Made by a program: the position numbers and the translations under genes. Positions 63,835 through 64,000 of a DNA stretch of 64,000 nt are shown here, in pieces. Positions within the stretch are counted from its first letter, which is position 1. The number at the start of each line of letters is the position of its first letter. The notes under the pieces were generated by a model. The model saw nothing but the letters and a program-made list of their open reading frames with translations. It was not told the DNA's origin and did not search any database. The stretch comes from Isurus oxyrinchus (taxonomy: Eukaryota). The stretch is from contig JANJGN010000007.1 of NCBI GenBank assembly GCA_026770705.1, forward strand, positions 97,402,001 to 97,466,000, read 5' to 3'.

Positions 63835-64000
63835 CACTGCCAACCAGTTACCAACAGCAGATTGAAAGAGACATGAGTCACCAGCAACATCATCACTCAG
63901 TCACCAATCGGATCACCTATCCATCAGTAACATGACCTCCAATAGAACCAAACCATCACAATAAACATTAACAAGCTACCAGCAGCAGCAGTCAGCCATC
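63835..64000 (+). repeat. Start of another copy of the degenerate CAGTCACCAGCAG array
   Basis: Same units; 63956-63999 matches 43192-43235 at 35 of 44 positions. Confidence 0.6.

Overview
Repeat-rich eukaryotic genomic DNA, most likely a cartilaginous fish (shark). This is an inference from the dense CR1 and L2-like LINE debris, tRNA-derived SINEs and Penelope-type termini. Most of the window is two diverged tandem copies of a ~28-30 kb unit (~1533-29220 and ~30214-60740). Each unit carries one + strand immunoglobulin-superfamily gene. The downstream copy reconstructs as an intact six-exon gene: 46807-46861, 47050-47370, 51398-51679, 54123-54230, 54704-54747, 56743-56889 (957 nt, 318 aa + stop, all GT-AG, phases 1-1-1-1-0). 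It encodes leader, a germline-joined VJ-type V domain (YHC..GNGTELIV), a C1-set domain, an uncharged TM segment and a cytoplasmic ITIM (LSYTAV) plus ITSM (TVYAQV). This is a non-rearranging, antigen-receptor-like inhibitory receptor. The upstream copy (16222-25331) is a pseudogene: premature stop, a 1689-bp deletion removing the V exon, a dead C1 acceptor and frameshifts, but an open ITIM/ITSM exon. Other notable items: a young ~350-bp palindromic Penelope-type insert with hammerhead-like cores and a 14-bp TSD, a cluster of locally templated inverted and direct duplications upstream of the intact gene, a short tRNA-Thr-like SINE, a probable solo LTR, and a hint of a third unit starting at the window end.
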